Shown here one piece after another: positions 63,535-64,000 of a stretch of DNA of 64,000 nt. The notes beneath the pieces were generated by a model. It worked only from the letters and a program-made list of their open reading frames with translations, did not search any database and had not been told where the DNA came from. A program made the translations under genes and the position numbers. Position 1 is the stretch's first letter, and each line of letters opens with the position of its first letter. Origin of the DNA: Pecten maximus (taxonomy: Eukaryota); contig NC_047020.1 of the NCBI RefSeq assembly GCF_902652985.1, positions 36,022,001 to 36,086,000 on the forward strand, read 5' to 3'.

Positions 63535-64000
63535 TGCTCAATACACACCAGGTGATACCGCCTTGCACACGCACGTGCATTTAACTGACTGGATGGTGAA
63601 CACGTGTTGTAAAATCTATAGTAATACATGCACATCCACTTAATGAAGATCATTTGAAATTCACGAAATCCTTTCTTCAATACGACGAATTAATTATGTA
63701 ATATCTTCTTGACGTCTACCACAAGACTGGATTTCTCCACAAAATCATAAAAAATCACAAATATTTCACCACTTTGTATATATATATATATATAGATATA
63801 TGTAAATCCCAATGAATTATAATAATTTGGTCACATGGTATCCGGTCATGAACTGTAGCACGATAGCCTATGAAATAATCCCAACGGTATTCTCTGGTTC
63901 AGTGGCCGACTCATCATTTGTAAAGTAAAATCCAACGAATGTATGTCATGCTGATATAGCATGGAAGGTACCTGTAACGAAAAGACGGTTCACTTAGTTG

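Overview
AT-rich (roughly 35% GC by eye), repeat-dense eukaryotic genomic DNA. The repeat repertoire (V-, CORE- and Meta-type tRNA SINEs, Helentron-associated HINE-like elements, CR1/L2-type and Penelope-like fragments, many MITEs) suggests a mollusc, most likely a bivalve; this is an inference. Only one host protein-coding gene is well supported: a three-exon, minus-strand, divergent fibroblast growth factor (FGF) gene (CDS 63534-63258, 60525-60407, 60118-59630; 294 aa). It has a candidate signal peptide, canonical FGF intron phases, and a long basic, Cys-containing C-terminal tail. The ~59 kb downstream contains no other recognisable gene and is filled with nested transposons, minisatellites and one 136-N assembly gap. 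Most long ORFs in the track are artefacts of tandem repeats. The most notable non-coding signals are: (i) recurrent TA->TACATGTA insertions, shown directly by comparing monomers inside two satellites and resembling Tc1/mariner excision footprints; (ii) a 78/84-bp satellite whose monomers each fold into a ~60-nt hairpin; (iii) a 30-bp satellite apparently amplified from a Meta-type SINE segment; (iv) three SINE types sharing one 3' tail; (v) a 24-bp perfect palindrome flanked by a 7-bp direct repeat. No database searches were run; family names come from motif recognition.
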